NCBI GenBank assembly: GCA_951406725.2
Contig: OX597828.1
Span: 18,724,001 to 18,788,000 of the forward strand
DNA: 64,000 nucleotides
DNA from: Octopus vulgaris
Lineage: Eukaryota
Direction: 5' to 3'
The position numbers and the translations under genes are program-made. A model generated the notes under the pieces. It made no database searches, was not told the DNA's origin, and saw nothing but the letters and a program-made list of their open reading frames with translations. Below, piece by piece: positions 11,346-24,493 of the stretch (positions within the stretch are counted from its first letter, which is position 1; the number at the start of each line of letters is the position of its first letter).

Positions 11346-11575
11346 GTATGTATGTATATGTGTGTATATGTTTGTATGTCTGTGTTTGTCCCTCCAACAT
11401 CACTTGACAACTGATGCTGGTGTGTTTATGTCCCCGTAACTTAGCGTTTCGGCAAAAGTGACCGATTAAATAAGTACTAGGCTTACAAAGAATAAGTCCT
11501 GGGGTCGGTTTTCTCGACTAAAGGCGGTGCTCCAGCATGGCCCCAGTCAAATGTCTGAAACAAGTAAAAGAGAAA
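11098..11575 (+). mobile_element. SINE family A, near full length
   Basis: ggcgtaggagtggttgtgtggtaag...gggttcagtccc (B-box-like)...microsatellite...ctgaaacaagtaaaagag. Confidence 0.92.
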
Positions 11576-12203
11576 ATGAGAGAAAGAGTATATGTGTGTA
11601 TGCATATATATGAGTATGTATGTATGTATGTATGTAAGCAGCAAAGATTCTGCCTGGGTCAAGGAAACCGGTCCATTCTGTTCTTTTACTTCGAGACTGG
11701 GTCGTACCAAAACGCGATGTTATATCATTTATTTTGCATTCTAAATATACTAAATGTACTAAGAAATTTATTCCAATAAATTTCGTATCGTACAAAAACA
11801 CAAACGAACATACACATTAAACACATTAATGAAGGACATTATCCATGCATTCATTACTTCCGGCCTATTATAAGCAATAACTACAAATTTATCTACAGTT
11901 AACTTCCGTAATATTACCTTAAACCTGAGCGCTAACTTGCATAAAACTATTTAATGGACCTACTTAAAAATTCACTTATATTATGAACGTAGATTCATGC
12001 CAGCCCACACAGTGTTCTAGAAAAAAACTATTGCTGATATTATTAGAAAAATTCTCAGTTGGTTCTCAAGCAAGGCAATCTTAGATAAGATAGTCTCTTC
12101 CTAGAATAATGTCAAGTTAAGGAATTTATTGGAAAATCTTCCTCGACTCTTGGTCTTACGTCTTCTTCAAAGTAAGAAACTGAATCTTCATACAAAATGT
12201 TAA

Positions 12204-12434
12204 CCCTTTGCCTGTCCAAAGCATTTTCATAAATTTGTCCTAAGCACGCATGCTCATTTGCAGATTTTTATCTAACCCTTATTCCATACGTTCTGAGTAA
12301 CATAAAGCTTTCTTTTCATAAGTCCAGCTTACTCTGGTGGTTGGAAAAATTGGAAATGTGTATCATATATGATACATAAGCGCTAGAGAAATGTTTCCTC
12401 TGTTTTACAAGTGACACGCAGGACAGGCAAGAGG
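12204..12434. mobile_element. piggyBac-type MITE
   Basis: TTAA at 12200-12203 and 12435-12438; 14-bp TIRs CCCTTTGCCTGTCC / GGACAGGCAAGAGG (2 mismatches). Confidence 0.8.
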
Positions 12435-12519
12435 TTAAATCTAATACAGCCCAAATTTTCTTGACTCTACACAATAAACACTTCCCCACTAAATATAAAT
12501 ACAGAAAATTATTTAAAAG

Positions 12520-13000
12520 ACACGCTCAATGCTCCAGTGGTTAGAGCAGTGGACTCGCGGTCGTAGGAACGTGGTTTCAATTCCCAGGCCGGGCATTGTG
12601 AGTATTTATTGAACGAAAACATCTAAAGCTCCACGAGGTTCCTACAGCATGGGGTGGGGTGAACCCTGCTGTACTCTATCACCACAACTTTCTCTCACTC
12701 TTTCTTCCTGTTTCTGTTGAACCTGTATTTCGAAGGACCAGCCTTGTCACACTCTGTGTCACACTGAATTTTCCTTTAGAACTACGTTAAGGGTACACGT
12801 GTCTGTGGAGTGCTCAGCCACTTGCACGTTAATAAATGAGTTGCGACGTCACTGGTGCCAAGCTGTATCAGCCTTTCCCTTTCCCTTGGATAACATCGGT
12901 GGCGTGGAGAGGAGGCTGCTATGCATGGACGACTGCTGGTCTTCCATAAACAACTTGTCCCCGGCGGGTAACTTTCTAGCTTCAATACCATGGTCATACA
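12520..13000 (+). mobile_element. Chimeric SINE: family C 5' part fused to family D 3' part
   Basis: Matches family C up to gcacgttaat (~12833), then matches family D (atgagttgcgacgtcactggtgcca...). Confidence 0.75.
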
Positions 13001-13102
13001 ACACAACAAATATTAGATTAGAGTCGCACCACCAATATGCAAAATATTATATCTGATACAACTCACAAATGAAGTTACGCTAACTTGTAGTATATGCATA
13101 CT

Positions 13103-13508
13103 CTCTCTTTTACTCTTTTACTCTTTTACTTGTTTCAGTCATTTGACTGCGGCCATGCTGGAGCACCGCCTTTAGTCGAGAAAATCGACCCCGGGACTTA
13201 TTCTTTGTAAGCCCAGTACTTATTCTATCGGTCTCTTTTTTGCCGAACCGCTAAGTGACGGGGACGTAAACACACCAGCATCGGTTGTCAAGCAATGCTA
13301 CGGGAACAAACACAGACACACAAACAAACACATATATATACATATATACGACAGGCTTCTTTCAGTTTCCGTCTACCAAATTCACTCACAAGGCATTGGT
13401 CGGCCCGGGGCTATAGCAGAAGACACTTGCCCAAGATGCCACGCAGTGGGACTGAACCCGGAACCATGTGGTTGGTTAGCAAGCTACTTACCACACAGCC
13501 ACTCCTGC
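13103..13508 (-). mobile_element. SINE family A, near full length
   Basis: Reverse complement of the family A consensus seen in the window. Confidence 0.92.
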
Positions 13509-13789
13509 TAAATGTTTGTTGTAAAGTAGGAGCCATCATATAGGAATTTGAATTTATCTCCGCTAAAGCACACCTCGATGCTATTCACAAACGCTACGTG
13601 ACTGAGGGAAAGTTCAAACAAATTTACTAGACACATCGAACGGATGTATATAATGTAATGGACGTAGCGAGAGCCCAGACCAGTATGGCCAGTCTGATCA
13701 TAGGGAGGGCGAAAATGAACAACACCGCCTTAACCGGATGCCGGTTACGTGGAAGGGAAGAGGGTATATTGAGAGAGGGAAAGAATGGA

Positions 13790-14075
13790 AGACAGAGAGA
13801 GAGAGAACGAAGGAGTAGAGGGATTGGAGAAACAGAGTAAAAGAGAGAGAAGAGAAAGGTACAAGGGAGGCAAGCATGGGTGGAAAGAGAGGGTAAGAGT
13901 AATGAAAGAGATAGAGTAAGAGTAAAGGTGGATAGAGATAGAAGAGATAAAGTAGCAGAGAGACAGAGAGAGAGAGAACGAAGGAGTAGAGGGGTTGGAG
14001 AAACAGAGTAAAAGAGAGAGAAGAGAAAGGTACAAGGGAGGCAAGCATGGGTGGAAAGAGAGGGTAAGAGTGGTT
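13790..14075. repeat. Purine-rich direct duplication (~110-bp block repeated ~172 bp apart)
   Basis: agagaacgaaggagtagagg...aagagagggtaagagt occurs twice. Confidence 0.85.
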
Positions 14076-15637
14076 AAAGAGATAGAGTAAGAGGGAAACA
14101 GAGGGACAGAGGGAGAGAGAGAACAGAAAGAAAAGGAGACAGAGAGAGAAGAAAAGAAAAGGTACGAACAAGGGAGGCGGGCAAGGGCGGGAAAAGAGTG
14201 TAAGAGCGGAGAAGAAGACAGAGTAAGAGTAGAGAGAGTTAAGAGTCGCACAATAGATATTCAAGGAATTTTTTTTTACAATAAAGTAAACAAATAGGGG
14301 GTGTGTTGAACTACATGGATTTATCAAGGTCTGAACAGAAAGAACACAACAAGGAGAAAAAGTTAGACGAAAGCAGCGCAAACGAAAAACTAGACGAAAA
14401 CTTAACGGACAAGGAATAAAGACAGACAAGGTACACGAAATATTTGCAGCTGACTTTTCCTCGTCAGTCAATGATATAAAATATCGTATCGCGCCATTAA
14501 CATTGAGACTACTCAATTTTGGAGGCGCCAGTGTGAAAGCAGCAAGTTTATGTTTATGTATTGTGAGAATATGGTTGTGCATGTTTTTACATGTATATTT
14601 TATATATTTTTTATCTTTTTCTTTTTCCACTTATTAGAGTTACTTCTCTTATATTTAACGGTTTTTCGTAGCGTTTGTTGACATTAATAGCCGACGAGAA
14701 TGTAATGTAGTTCTTAGCTCCGGCATTCGAAACTCAGAGTACTATAATGACAACCTTTTACTATTTGTTCTAATATATAACATATAGAAATAATATTATT
14801 ATTATTATTATTATTATACATATGGTTAATAAGAGACGGAAGATGGAAGATACGTGAGTTTTTATTAATCCCCACACTTGTTTCGACACATCTACCATCG
14901 ATCCCTCACGGGTGGGATACTTAACAGGTTCAGGAGCATCCAACTGTGCAGACGTGTCTTTTCGGGTGATAAACAGATAGAACTCGTTAAAATAACACGT
15001 TAAAACAACAGTTCCGCAATGTATCTTCGTTCTTGTGAAGAAAAGCAGCACATTAAAGGATATAGCTTCACTTAAAGAGAAGATCAATAATAAAATAACA
15101 AATGCAAAAAAGAAACCAACACGCAATGCAGCGAAAAAAGTATTCAATAAAACCGTTAACGGATATGGATTTATAAACGCCCTCGCGTAGTTTGTATGAC
15201 GCATGTATACTCGCTCATACAAACAGCCACGAAGATGTAAATATACACGCACTTCTGGATTGGCGCACATGCGTTCACATAGAGAGTTAAATAGCTACTT
15301 GGTGTTTATAAGAATGTGAGGTTAAAGCTAAATTTAATTCATCCATACCTTAACGTGGATTACGTTAACACTTACTCAAATATATTCCCACTGCATTGTA
15401 CGAAAGTGTATTTATATGTATGTAAGCATCTTGGTAGTCTTTCAGAAATTCTATTAATGATCTTCTCATTGGTCCACAGAATAGACAAGGATTCCTCGGA
15501 GCAGAGTCGGCATCTCTTAGAAAAAATATTATATGGTTTTACGAGCCTAACGATGGACCAAGTTTTGTTATATTTAATTTTATCGTCCTTGGGTCGCTAC
15601 ACACACACACACACATATACATAACTACATACATACA

Positions 15638-15699
<62 letters not shown>

Positions 15700-15917
15700 C
15701 GTGTCCTAACTAGCTTGCTTACCAACCATATGGTCCTGGGTTCAGTCTCACGGCGTGGCACTTTGGGTAAGTGTTTTCTACTGTAGTCTCGGACCAACCA
15801 AAGCCTTGTGAGTAGATTTGGTAGATGGAAACTGGAAGAAGACTGTCGTATATATGTATGTGTGTGTGTATGTATGTATGTATGTATGTATGTATGTATG
15901 TATGTATGTATGTATGT

Positions 15918-15990
<73 letters not shown>

Positions 15991-16199
15991 CTCTGACATT
16001 GAATTTAACTTGAATTTAAGACTATGAATAATAATGGAGCACTGTAGAAAATAACAATTAAATGACTTATATTTAATGACCTTATTAAATTATTTCTTTC
16101 TAGATTCCTGTATGTCAGGTATGGCCGAGTGGTTAAGAAATTCACTTCGCAAGCATGAGGTATGGGTTCGATCCACTTACGTGGAAATGTATATTTGTG

Positions 16200-16259
<60 letters not shown>

Positions 16260-17138
16260 ATATTTTTGTATGAGTTTATTCGTAGACAGAGAGACAGTTA
16301 CGCAGGCAGAGAGATAGATTGATTGAGTGATCGATCGATTTACTGGCACATACATTCACATATTCATGTACACAAACATATAGGGACAGACAGACAGACA
16401 GAAAAGGGAGAGAGGGAGGGGGAAAGAGAGAGAAACGTACGTATAACTAAAGAAAAAGGAACGTAAGAGAAAAAAATGAAAGAAAGCAGTAATGTAGACT
16501 AACAAAATGAGTTGACTGATAAATGTTTTGAAGTTTCTAAATAAAGTGATGATTAAAAATTATATATAAGAACACATATACTATATATATATATATACGT
16601 GTGCGTGTGTGTGTGTTAGCAATATTTGTCATTATTTTTTATTCACATGGTTCGTCCATTGAGCTTCAAACGATGACATATGAGTGCATCAAGAAGGCAC
16701 TTCCGGTCCCAATTAAAGATGGCAGTTAAAGTAGACGGCAAGTAGACGGCAAATTATGCAGTCTGTAATTTGATGGGGGGAGAAGGGAAGACGGAGAGGG
16801 TTTGGAATCTTAGAAATGAAGATGGTGACGACGATGGGGCGCACTGAATTAAAAGAGGCACCAAATAGTTGTAAACTATTTATATTTATATTCGCTGGTT
16901 CTGTGTACAATAATGTCGTTGCTTATAAGTTTCCAGCAGTGAAATAAGTGGTACACTGTTTGTAAGACTGCTAGAATTAGAGGAGAATGGCTGTACAACT
17001 CGAGCGGAATAATGCGTTCTTGTTGGAATGCACCGATTTGTAGTTAATACGTACACGCTCTCACACAGATATTATTAAATTTAGCATATATAAGCATATA
17101 TGAGAGAGACAGAGGCAGAGACCACGTATGTATGTATG

Positions 17139-17184
<46 letters not shown>

Positions 17185-17255
17185 GATATAGATATATATA
17201 TATGAAAAAATAAGTCAAAATAGAAAATGCTAAAATAATTTTCTAAAGAACATTT

Positions 17256-17293
17256 CAGTACCGGTTTCAGTCATTTTGAGACCTTTTCAACTG
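17256..17293 (-). ncRNA. Minimal type I hammerhead motif, U3-A8 core variant (PLE remnant)
   Basis: CAG-UUGAAAA-GGUC-ucaaaau-GACU-GAAAC-CG-GUA-CUG. Confidence 0.6.
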
Positions 17294-17489
17294 TAACGAT
17301 TAAATAATTAAATTTAGAAAAATTAAAAGAAATGTTTTTTTAAAGGAATATTTGTATAGTGTTCAAATATAAGTAGCATTTTCCTTGTTTCTGCCTTGCT
17401 CTGTCTCTCTTGTTCACACTTGTGGGTTCGAGGTCGTTGTGAATTCTTGGTAGGGAAGAAGTATATATATATATATATATATATATATA

Positions 17490-17864
17490 CTAGCAGTATC
17501 GCCCGGCGTTGCTCAGGTTTGTAAGGGAAATAACTATAAAGCATTTTTAGAGAGTTATAGCCAAAAAATAGCAAAAAAATGGAAAAAAAATGATGGTAAA
17601 TTTTTTTGAGAGTTAAAAAGGTGGAGTTGCGTCCCCTAGACGGTCTGTGGTTTGGGTTTCTGATTCTCGACCCCATGTCGAATTTATCGATTTTTTTCAG
17701 AACTGGGGGAACTTTTCAAAATTTTCGCTGCGTTAGTTTTGAATTATGACATTGGGCTATGTGTGTGTCAAGTTTCATCAGAATCGGTTGAAAGCCGTGG
17801 TCAGAGTGAGGGTACGAGAAAACAGACACACAGAAAACGCACAGACAAACTGCCGTTTATATAT

Positions 17865-17867
<3 letters not shown>
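17490..17867 (-). mobile_element. Non-autonomous Helitron
   Basis: Minus strand starts TC(TATATATAAAC), ends with GC-rich subterminal hairpin ...GCAACGCCGGGCG then ATACTGCTAG; inserted between A and T without TSD; 3' end shared with 51017-51460. Confidence 0.8.
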
Positions 17868-17912
<45 letters not shown>

Positions 17913-17960
17913 AGCTAAGCGCAATGTGATACCATAAAGGAAAAATTCAATCGTCACTGT

Positions 17961-18149
17961 CTAGGGATGCCGACGCATCTACCTTGCTAAATATAAGAGT
18001 TAAAACACTCGTAATGCTGTAGGAAGAGGGCAGATACATACTGACACGGGCGGTTGGATCCCCTATATATATATACCTGCGCTTTTACTACAGCATTAAG
18101 AGTATTTTGACTGTTATTTCTAGCAATGTAGGTGCGTCGGCACCCTTAG
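17961..18149. mobile_element. Fold-back MITE-like element
   Basis: About 80-bp imperfect inverted arms (ctagggatgccgacgcatctac... / ...gtaggtgcgtcggcacccttag). Confidence 0.65.
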
Positions 18150-18599
18150 TCTCACACTGTATAAATACACACACACACATACACACACATATCTATGTAT
18201 GTATAAATGATAAAACAAATCTAAAGAGGCTGGTGGTGTATTGATCTTTGTCGGCAAGATTTCTGTTATTTAGTAAAATCGACAAAATGAATTTAGTGAG
18301 CTTGCGGTGGGGAATGAAAAAATCCAGCGTTTCAAACAGTGTCCTTCTTCAGAGAAGAGATGAAAGGAGTTTCTCTTAAATTTCACTTCTGTCAACTTTT
18401 CCCCCGAAAGAAGGACTCAGTCGAAACGTTTGATTTCTAAAGAGAATGGCGGTGGCGTTTGGACATCGGATAAAATGCGCTGCGATATTTGCCCCGGCCC
18501 TCCGAGTTCAAATCCTGCCGAAAGCAACACTCTACTTTCGAAATCAACGGAGAACTGACACAGCTCTCTCTCTCTCCCTCTCTATCTATCTATCTATCT

Positions 18600-18696
<97 letters not shown>

Positions 18697-18873
18697 TAGC
18701 TATGACAGGCTACGTGTCCTGTTGAAGAACGGGCTGAGACGATATCTATGTCCACTCGTGACTAAACAGGCCTCTCACACAATTAGCGAAAGTGTGGTAC
18801 GTGTTACCAAGTCATCCTCAATACCGAATGAAGACCCATGTGGTTGGAAAGCAAACTTCTTACATAACAACCC

Positions 18874-18977
<104 letters not shown>

Positions 18978-19684
18978 AAACGATGATAAATTCAAAAATG
19001 CTATTTAACTATATTTTTAGCTGATGAATTCTCATAAACAGGACTAGTTCCGATGATTGAACACTATATGTATACGCATACTCAAACACAAACACAAATA
19101 TGAGACAGACAGACAAACAGACAGACACACAGCCGGACATGTGGGCCACCGTTGTCCAGATGATGTCCGAAATGAAAAAAAATGCAAGCTTGTCAACGAT
19201 TCCGGTCCCACATTGCAGCAGACATCAAAGCTGAAAACAGATTCACGGAATAATCTTATAACAAAACTTATGGACAACATATACAACAAATGTTTATTAC
19301 AATAGATTTAGGTTTTCCTTGGATAGTGTATAAACAAAGTCAGTGGCTTGATTTAGGCTTATAGGTCCGACGACTTTTGACTGACAAGGCGCAATATGTC
19401 GAACCGCCGGTGTCCTAGAATCCTGTGCACTAATGAGCCAAATGTGTGAAACACACTTTCATCGTAAAAGGGAGAAGTTATTCTCCTATGACATGCACTA
19501 CAACGACTAGCGTATTTTGTGTCTGAACCTGCCTTGACGTATTAAGAATAGATATGCAAAAACATTCGTTAGAATTCAGCTGTACTAAATGACAAAATAT
19601 GTCCTAAAATACCTCTTGTACCTTGTATGTATATATATATATATATATATATACATACACACATACATACATATATATACATAT

Positions 19685-19723
<39 letters not shown>

Positions 19724-19918
19724 CACACATACATATATATATTATGTAAACATGCAGTACTGCAAGAATCAAAATAATAAGTGTATATTCATTCTTCACA
19801 TTTTCCAATAGTTTTGAATGTGAATGTATCTTTTGCTGTTGGGTTTCATCTTCGGAGAATGACTTCTCCATTCTCGCTTTAGACGATATCTGTTGACAAC
19901 AGACACGATTCAGTGACG

Positions 19919-19997
<79 letters not shown>

Positions 19998-20140
19998 CAT
20001 GCGCGTGTGTGTGTGTGTGCGTGTGTTCTTACCTATGTATGCACATACACACGCATATATGTATGTGTTTGTCTGATTTCTTACACAGAAAATACTCTTC
20101 AAACACGCTCTCAAGTTTGTTTTCTTCTTTTTCTTCTTCT

Positions 20141-20177
<37 letters not shown>

Positions 20178-20810
20178 GTCTATTCATTTCATCTGACTTT
20201 GACTTCCTTTTACTCTTTCACCCTCTCTTCCTCAAAAACCAATGTGTAATCATATACTAAGCGAAATAGACAAATAACCATCAATTTCGGCCACAACTGG
20301 CAACACAGGAATTGCTAGAAACATGCGACTCTTCCAGATAACATCAAATTACCTCAGGAATCGTCTGAACCTTGAATTCAGCATGTCTTGTTAAGAAGCT
20401 TTATAGAAGACATGTCTAATTCTCAAACAGCTACCTTCTGCTAGCTGTAGCTGAATAGACAAATACAAAATCACACACTATTCTCCCATTGGTCTTTTCC
20501 GAAGCTCTATAACTGAATACATTTTAGTTTATGACGCAGACTTTGCCACTGAACATGACATTCCACCATGCTGGAGCACCGCTTTGAATGATTTAGTTGA
20601 ATAGATTGATCCCAGTACTTATTTTTAAGTGTTATATCCGTCCGTCTCTCTTGACGAGACGTTAAGTTACGGGAACGCAAGCAATAAGTGTAACACCCAT
20701 CTTTTGGATGTTACACTTTGGAAGCGCTAACTTAAGGAAACGTAAACAAACCAACCGGTTGTCAACTGATGGTAGAAAAGCAAACACAAACACATATATA
20801 CATCTATATA

Positions 20811-21017
20811 CGAGAGGTCCTGGCTTTGGGTAAAAGTAAATACAAGAGTACCAGCTATTTATGATTTTATTCAACATGTTCCCCTCTCAGATTCACATAC
20901 TTATTGCAGCGGTTTTTCAGTTTTTCTAAGCCCTGTAAAAGAATTTGGAAGATTGGGCCTCCAAACAGGCCTTTTCGCGATACCCTTAAAGCCAGGAAAC
21001 TTTTTATCACTCCCTCG
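20811..21017 (-). mobile_element. Mariner-derived MITE inserted in a family A SINE microsatellite
   Basis: TA flanks, TIR remnants, GLEKLKNRCNKYVNLRGEHVE* on the minus strand. Confidence 0.8.
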
Positions 21018-21559
21018 TATATCTGTGTGTGTATATGCATATGCGTGTATTTATATAAGTCGGGTTTCCACACAGTTTCCGTCCGCCAAATTCACTCACA
21101 AATTATTGCATGGCCTGGAGCTATAGCATTGGGTTGGTGCATAATTATTGCGGCTTTTGTGTTTCTTTTTTTAACAAATTTTATTCAAGAAAAACAATAG
21201 CAACATGTAACAAAAACATCTTGAAGCGATTATTCCGGAGCATATTCACCATCTACTTCAATTACTGCTTCCCATTTGCTTGGCAGACGGTAAGACCGTC
21301 ATTTAAAGATGTTTTTGTTAGGTATTGTTATTGTTTTTGTTGAATAAAATTTGCTGAAAAAAATCCGCAGTAATTATGCATAAACCCAATATAAGACACT
21401 TGCCAAAGACGCCGTGCAGTGGAACTGAACTTGAAACCGCGTCGTTGCAAAGCGAGCATTTCAACCACAACTACGCCTGCTTATCACTTCTTTATAATAA
21501 ATAAATAAGCAGCATAGTATGAGCATCCAACAATACGGATAATTACTTATTATTGGCTT

Positions 21560-22400
21560 TGCACATAGGACGGTGGATTGACAAAATCGTGAGAGCATCG
21601 GAGAAAAAGCCTTCGTGTTATTGTTTCTTCTGGCTCTAGGACGGCGAACTGGCAGAGTCGTTAACCCGCCGGGAAAAATGCTTAGCAGTATTTCGTCCGT
21701 CTTCACATTCTGAGTTTAAATTCTGCCAAGGTCGACTTTGCCTTTCATCTCTTCGGCATCGATAAAATAAGTACTGGTTGAATACTGGAGTCGGATGCAA
21801 CCGACTTGGCCGCCCCACCTACCATTGCTGGCCCAGTGCCAAAATTTGAAGCCATTATTCGTCGTAGCTCTTTACATTCTGAGTTCAAATCTTGCAGAGA
21901 TCAATTTTGTCTTTTATCCTTTCAGGGTCGATGAAATAAAGTACCAGCCAAGTACTGAAATTGATTGCATCGTCTAACCCTCTCCAGTCCCGAATTTCTG
22001 ACCTTGTTTCTAAATTAAAAAGAATTGTTAGCCCAGCCCCCAAGCGCAGTGGACTAGCGAAGCCGGTAGCGCGTCGAACAAAATGCTTTGTGGTCTTTAA
22101 TTACAGCTTTTTAGCTCTGGGTTCAAATTTCGTCGAAGCAGATGGAAAAGAATGTAAAGTGCTAATAAAATTGACCGTATCGACCTACACCTTGCTATTA
22201 AAATTTCTGACCCAGGAAAGGAAATGGGGTAACTGGTAGAAATGTTAGAGCGTCAGGAAAATACCTTGTGGTGTTTAGTTTCAATTCTTTGTATTTTAAG
22301 TTCAAATCATACGGCGGTCAACGTTGACTTTCATCCTTCCGCAAGCAATAACGTAAAGTACCATTCAGACACAAAGATCGATTTAGTCGACTAAACTCCA
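21560..22400 (+). mobile_element. Cluster of diverged family B SINEs
   Basis: Several repeats of ttctgagttcaaat...gtcgactttgcctttcatc. Confidence 0.7.
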
Positions 22401-22959
22401 CACACACACACACACACACACACGTACATACATACAAAAACACTACCACCACCACCACCACCACTACCATTACCAGTTCTCTGAGCTTAGAAACTATTGT
22501 AAGCCGAGCACGATTCCCATAGAACGAGAGATAAATGTCCTTCTTGACCCGTTTTAAATCAAGTACCTTTAATAGGTCAGATTTCGGGGTTTAGTCAACA
22601 GCCTTCAGATGAAAGGGCTCCTATGAACTGACATACCTTTTAACCTCAAGAACACTACTTTCCAGCATGTATGTCACAAAACTGGTCAAAGAATATTTTA
22701 CCAGCTTCTTTTTTAATTTTTTTTCTTTTTTCCAGGATTTTTCTTTTTTTTTTTCATTTTTTTTTTGTACATTTGCTGATTAAAATTGCGATTGATTACT
22801 TGTTCTACTGCGCATGCTTATTCTCTTGTGTCAGTCACAATGTTTTCTATTTAACAGCTTACTTTGGGAACTCAACCACAGGCGGAGAAGTAATAACACT
22901 GCCATGATCTATTTACCATACACTATGTCTTGATCTTCTAAACATAGCAGACCATATCT

Positions 22960-23187
22960 GTTTCTTTATTGCCCACAAGGGGCTAAACATAGAGGGGACA
23001 AACAAGGACAGACAAACGGATTAAGTCGATTACATCGACCCCAGTGCGTAACTGGTACTTAATTTATCGACCCAGAAAGGATGAAAGGCAAAGTCGACCT
23101 CGGCGGAATTTGAACTCAGAACGCAACGACAGACGCAATACCGTTAAGCATTTCGCCCGGTTAGCTAACGTTTCTGCCAGCTCGCCC
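22960..23187 (-). mobile_element. SINE family B
   Basis: Reverse complement of 5178-5400. Confidence 0.9.
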
Positions 23188-23252
23188 TTTCATTCCATTT
23201 CTAGCCATGACCAATATTTTTTTTTTTGTTTCAAATAAGAATATTAAACGTT

Positions 23253-23418
23253 AGGCGCAGGAGTGGCTGTGTGGTAAGTAGCTTGCTTACCAGCCACATG
23301 GTTCCGGGTTCAGTCCCACTTTGTGGCACCTTGGGCAAGTGTCTTCTACTATAGCCTCGGCCCGACCAAAGCCTTGTGAGTAGATTTGGTAGACAAAAAC
23401 TGAAAGAAGCCCGTAGTA

Positions 23419-23457
<39 letters not shown>

Positions 23458-23620
23458 ATGTGTGTGTTTGTGCGCCTGTTTGTCACCTCCAACATCACTT
23501 GACAACCGATGCTGGTGTGTTTACATCCCCGTAAATTAGCGGTTCAACAAAACAGACCGATAGAATAAGTACTAGGCTTACAAAGAATAAGTCCTGAGGT
23601 CGATTTGCTCGACTAAAGGC
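23253..23620 (+). mobile_element. SINE family A
   Basis: Homology to other copies. Confidence 0.9.
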
Positions 23621-23722
23621 AGTAAACTTTGGAAACCCAGTGGGCTAGAAGAATTCGACTTGCGAATCTTTCCTGCAACCTTCTAAGCACATGCCTGTAA
23701 TACCGGACATATGGCTCTTTAT

Positions 23723-24075
23723 AGTTCTATGTTTAAGAGATGAAGAATTATGTACATTATTTACATTATTTACATTTGACGGATATTTGTCATCTTATTT
23801 GTTGTTAACATAACATTTCGGCTAATATACCCTCCAGCCTTCATCAGGTGTATTGGTTAAGAGAGCGGGCTACTAACCACAAGATTCCGAGTTCGATTCC
23901 AGGCAGTGACCTGAATAACAAAAACAACAACAACATCGAAAAATACCTTAGGGATGAAATGCCAGGTTCGAAATTTCCCCTAGACACTTGATGAAGGCTG
24001 GAGGGTATATCAGCCGAACTGTTGTGCCAACAACAAACAAGATGAGGACAAATATCCGTCAAATGTAAATAATGA
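23723..24075 (+). mobile_element. tRNA-headed element with hammerhead-containing tail and inverted duplication
   Basis: tRNA-like head 23851-23909 (TGGTTAAG...GAGTTCGATTCC); HHR-like motif at ~23984-24028 and inverted at ~23808-23851; degenerate 14-bp flanking direct repeat (23709-23722 / 24076-24089). Confidence 0.65.
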
Positions 24076-24216
24076 ATATGACTATTTATTTAGTGATTCT
24101 GAAATCATGAAAGGATGAAAAGCAAAGCCGACCTCGGATGGGTTTCAATACAAAGAGTAAAGAACCAAAACAATTGCAGTTAACAAATACGATGTCGAAT
24201 TACTCTCTGTCTCAAC

Positions 24217-24493
24217 CAGTGGTTTCTAAAGTGGACGGTACTGCCTTCCCTTAGAGCGGTGGAAAGTTCTAAGGAGGCGTTGAAGAAAAGTGGGGTGATT
24301 ATGGGGTAGCCAAAAGGGGGCAGTTAATGCAAAAACAACAAAATAATAGATTAAGTTTTATTTGTGAAATGCAGTGGCTTTGAATTTGCTTCAGAAAGAG
24401 GTCTATGTTTGTAGAGGAAAGTTAGTGGTGGGGCACCAGGAAAGTGGCCTGGGTGTCAGGTGGCGGCAACCCTAAAAAGTTTGGGAACCACTG
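24217..24493. mobile_element. hAT-type MITE
   Basis: TIRs CAGTGGTT... / ...AACCACTG; perfect 8-bp TSD GTCTCAAC at 24209-24216 and 24494-24501. Confidence 0.9.

Noticed and set aside
13698-14630. 310-aa minus-strand ORF
   Set aside because: Open only because of a pyrimidine-rich low-complexity duplication; no recognisable domain.
14770-15270. 166-aa ORF and a hammerhead-like stretch at ~14865-14915 (minus strand)
   Set aside because: No recognisable protein similarity; the HHR core is too degenerate and has G at the cleavage position.
18324-18432. Inverted pair of CTGAAGA/GAAAC-like motifs
   Set aside because: Probably a decayed PLE hammerhead pair, but stems and cleavage triplet are too damaged to call.
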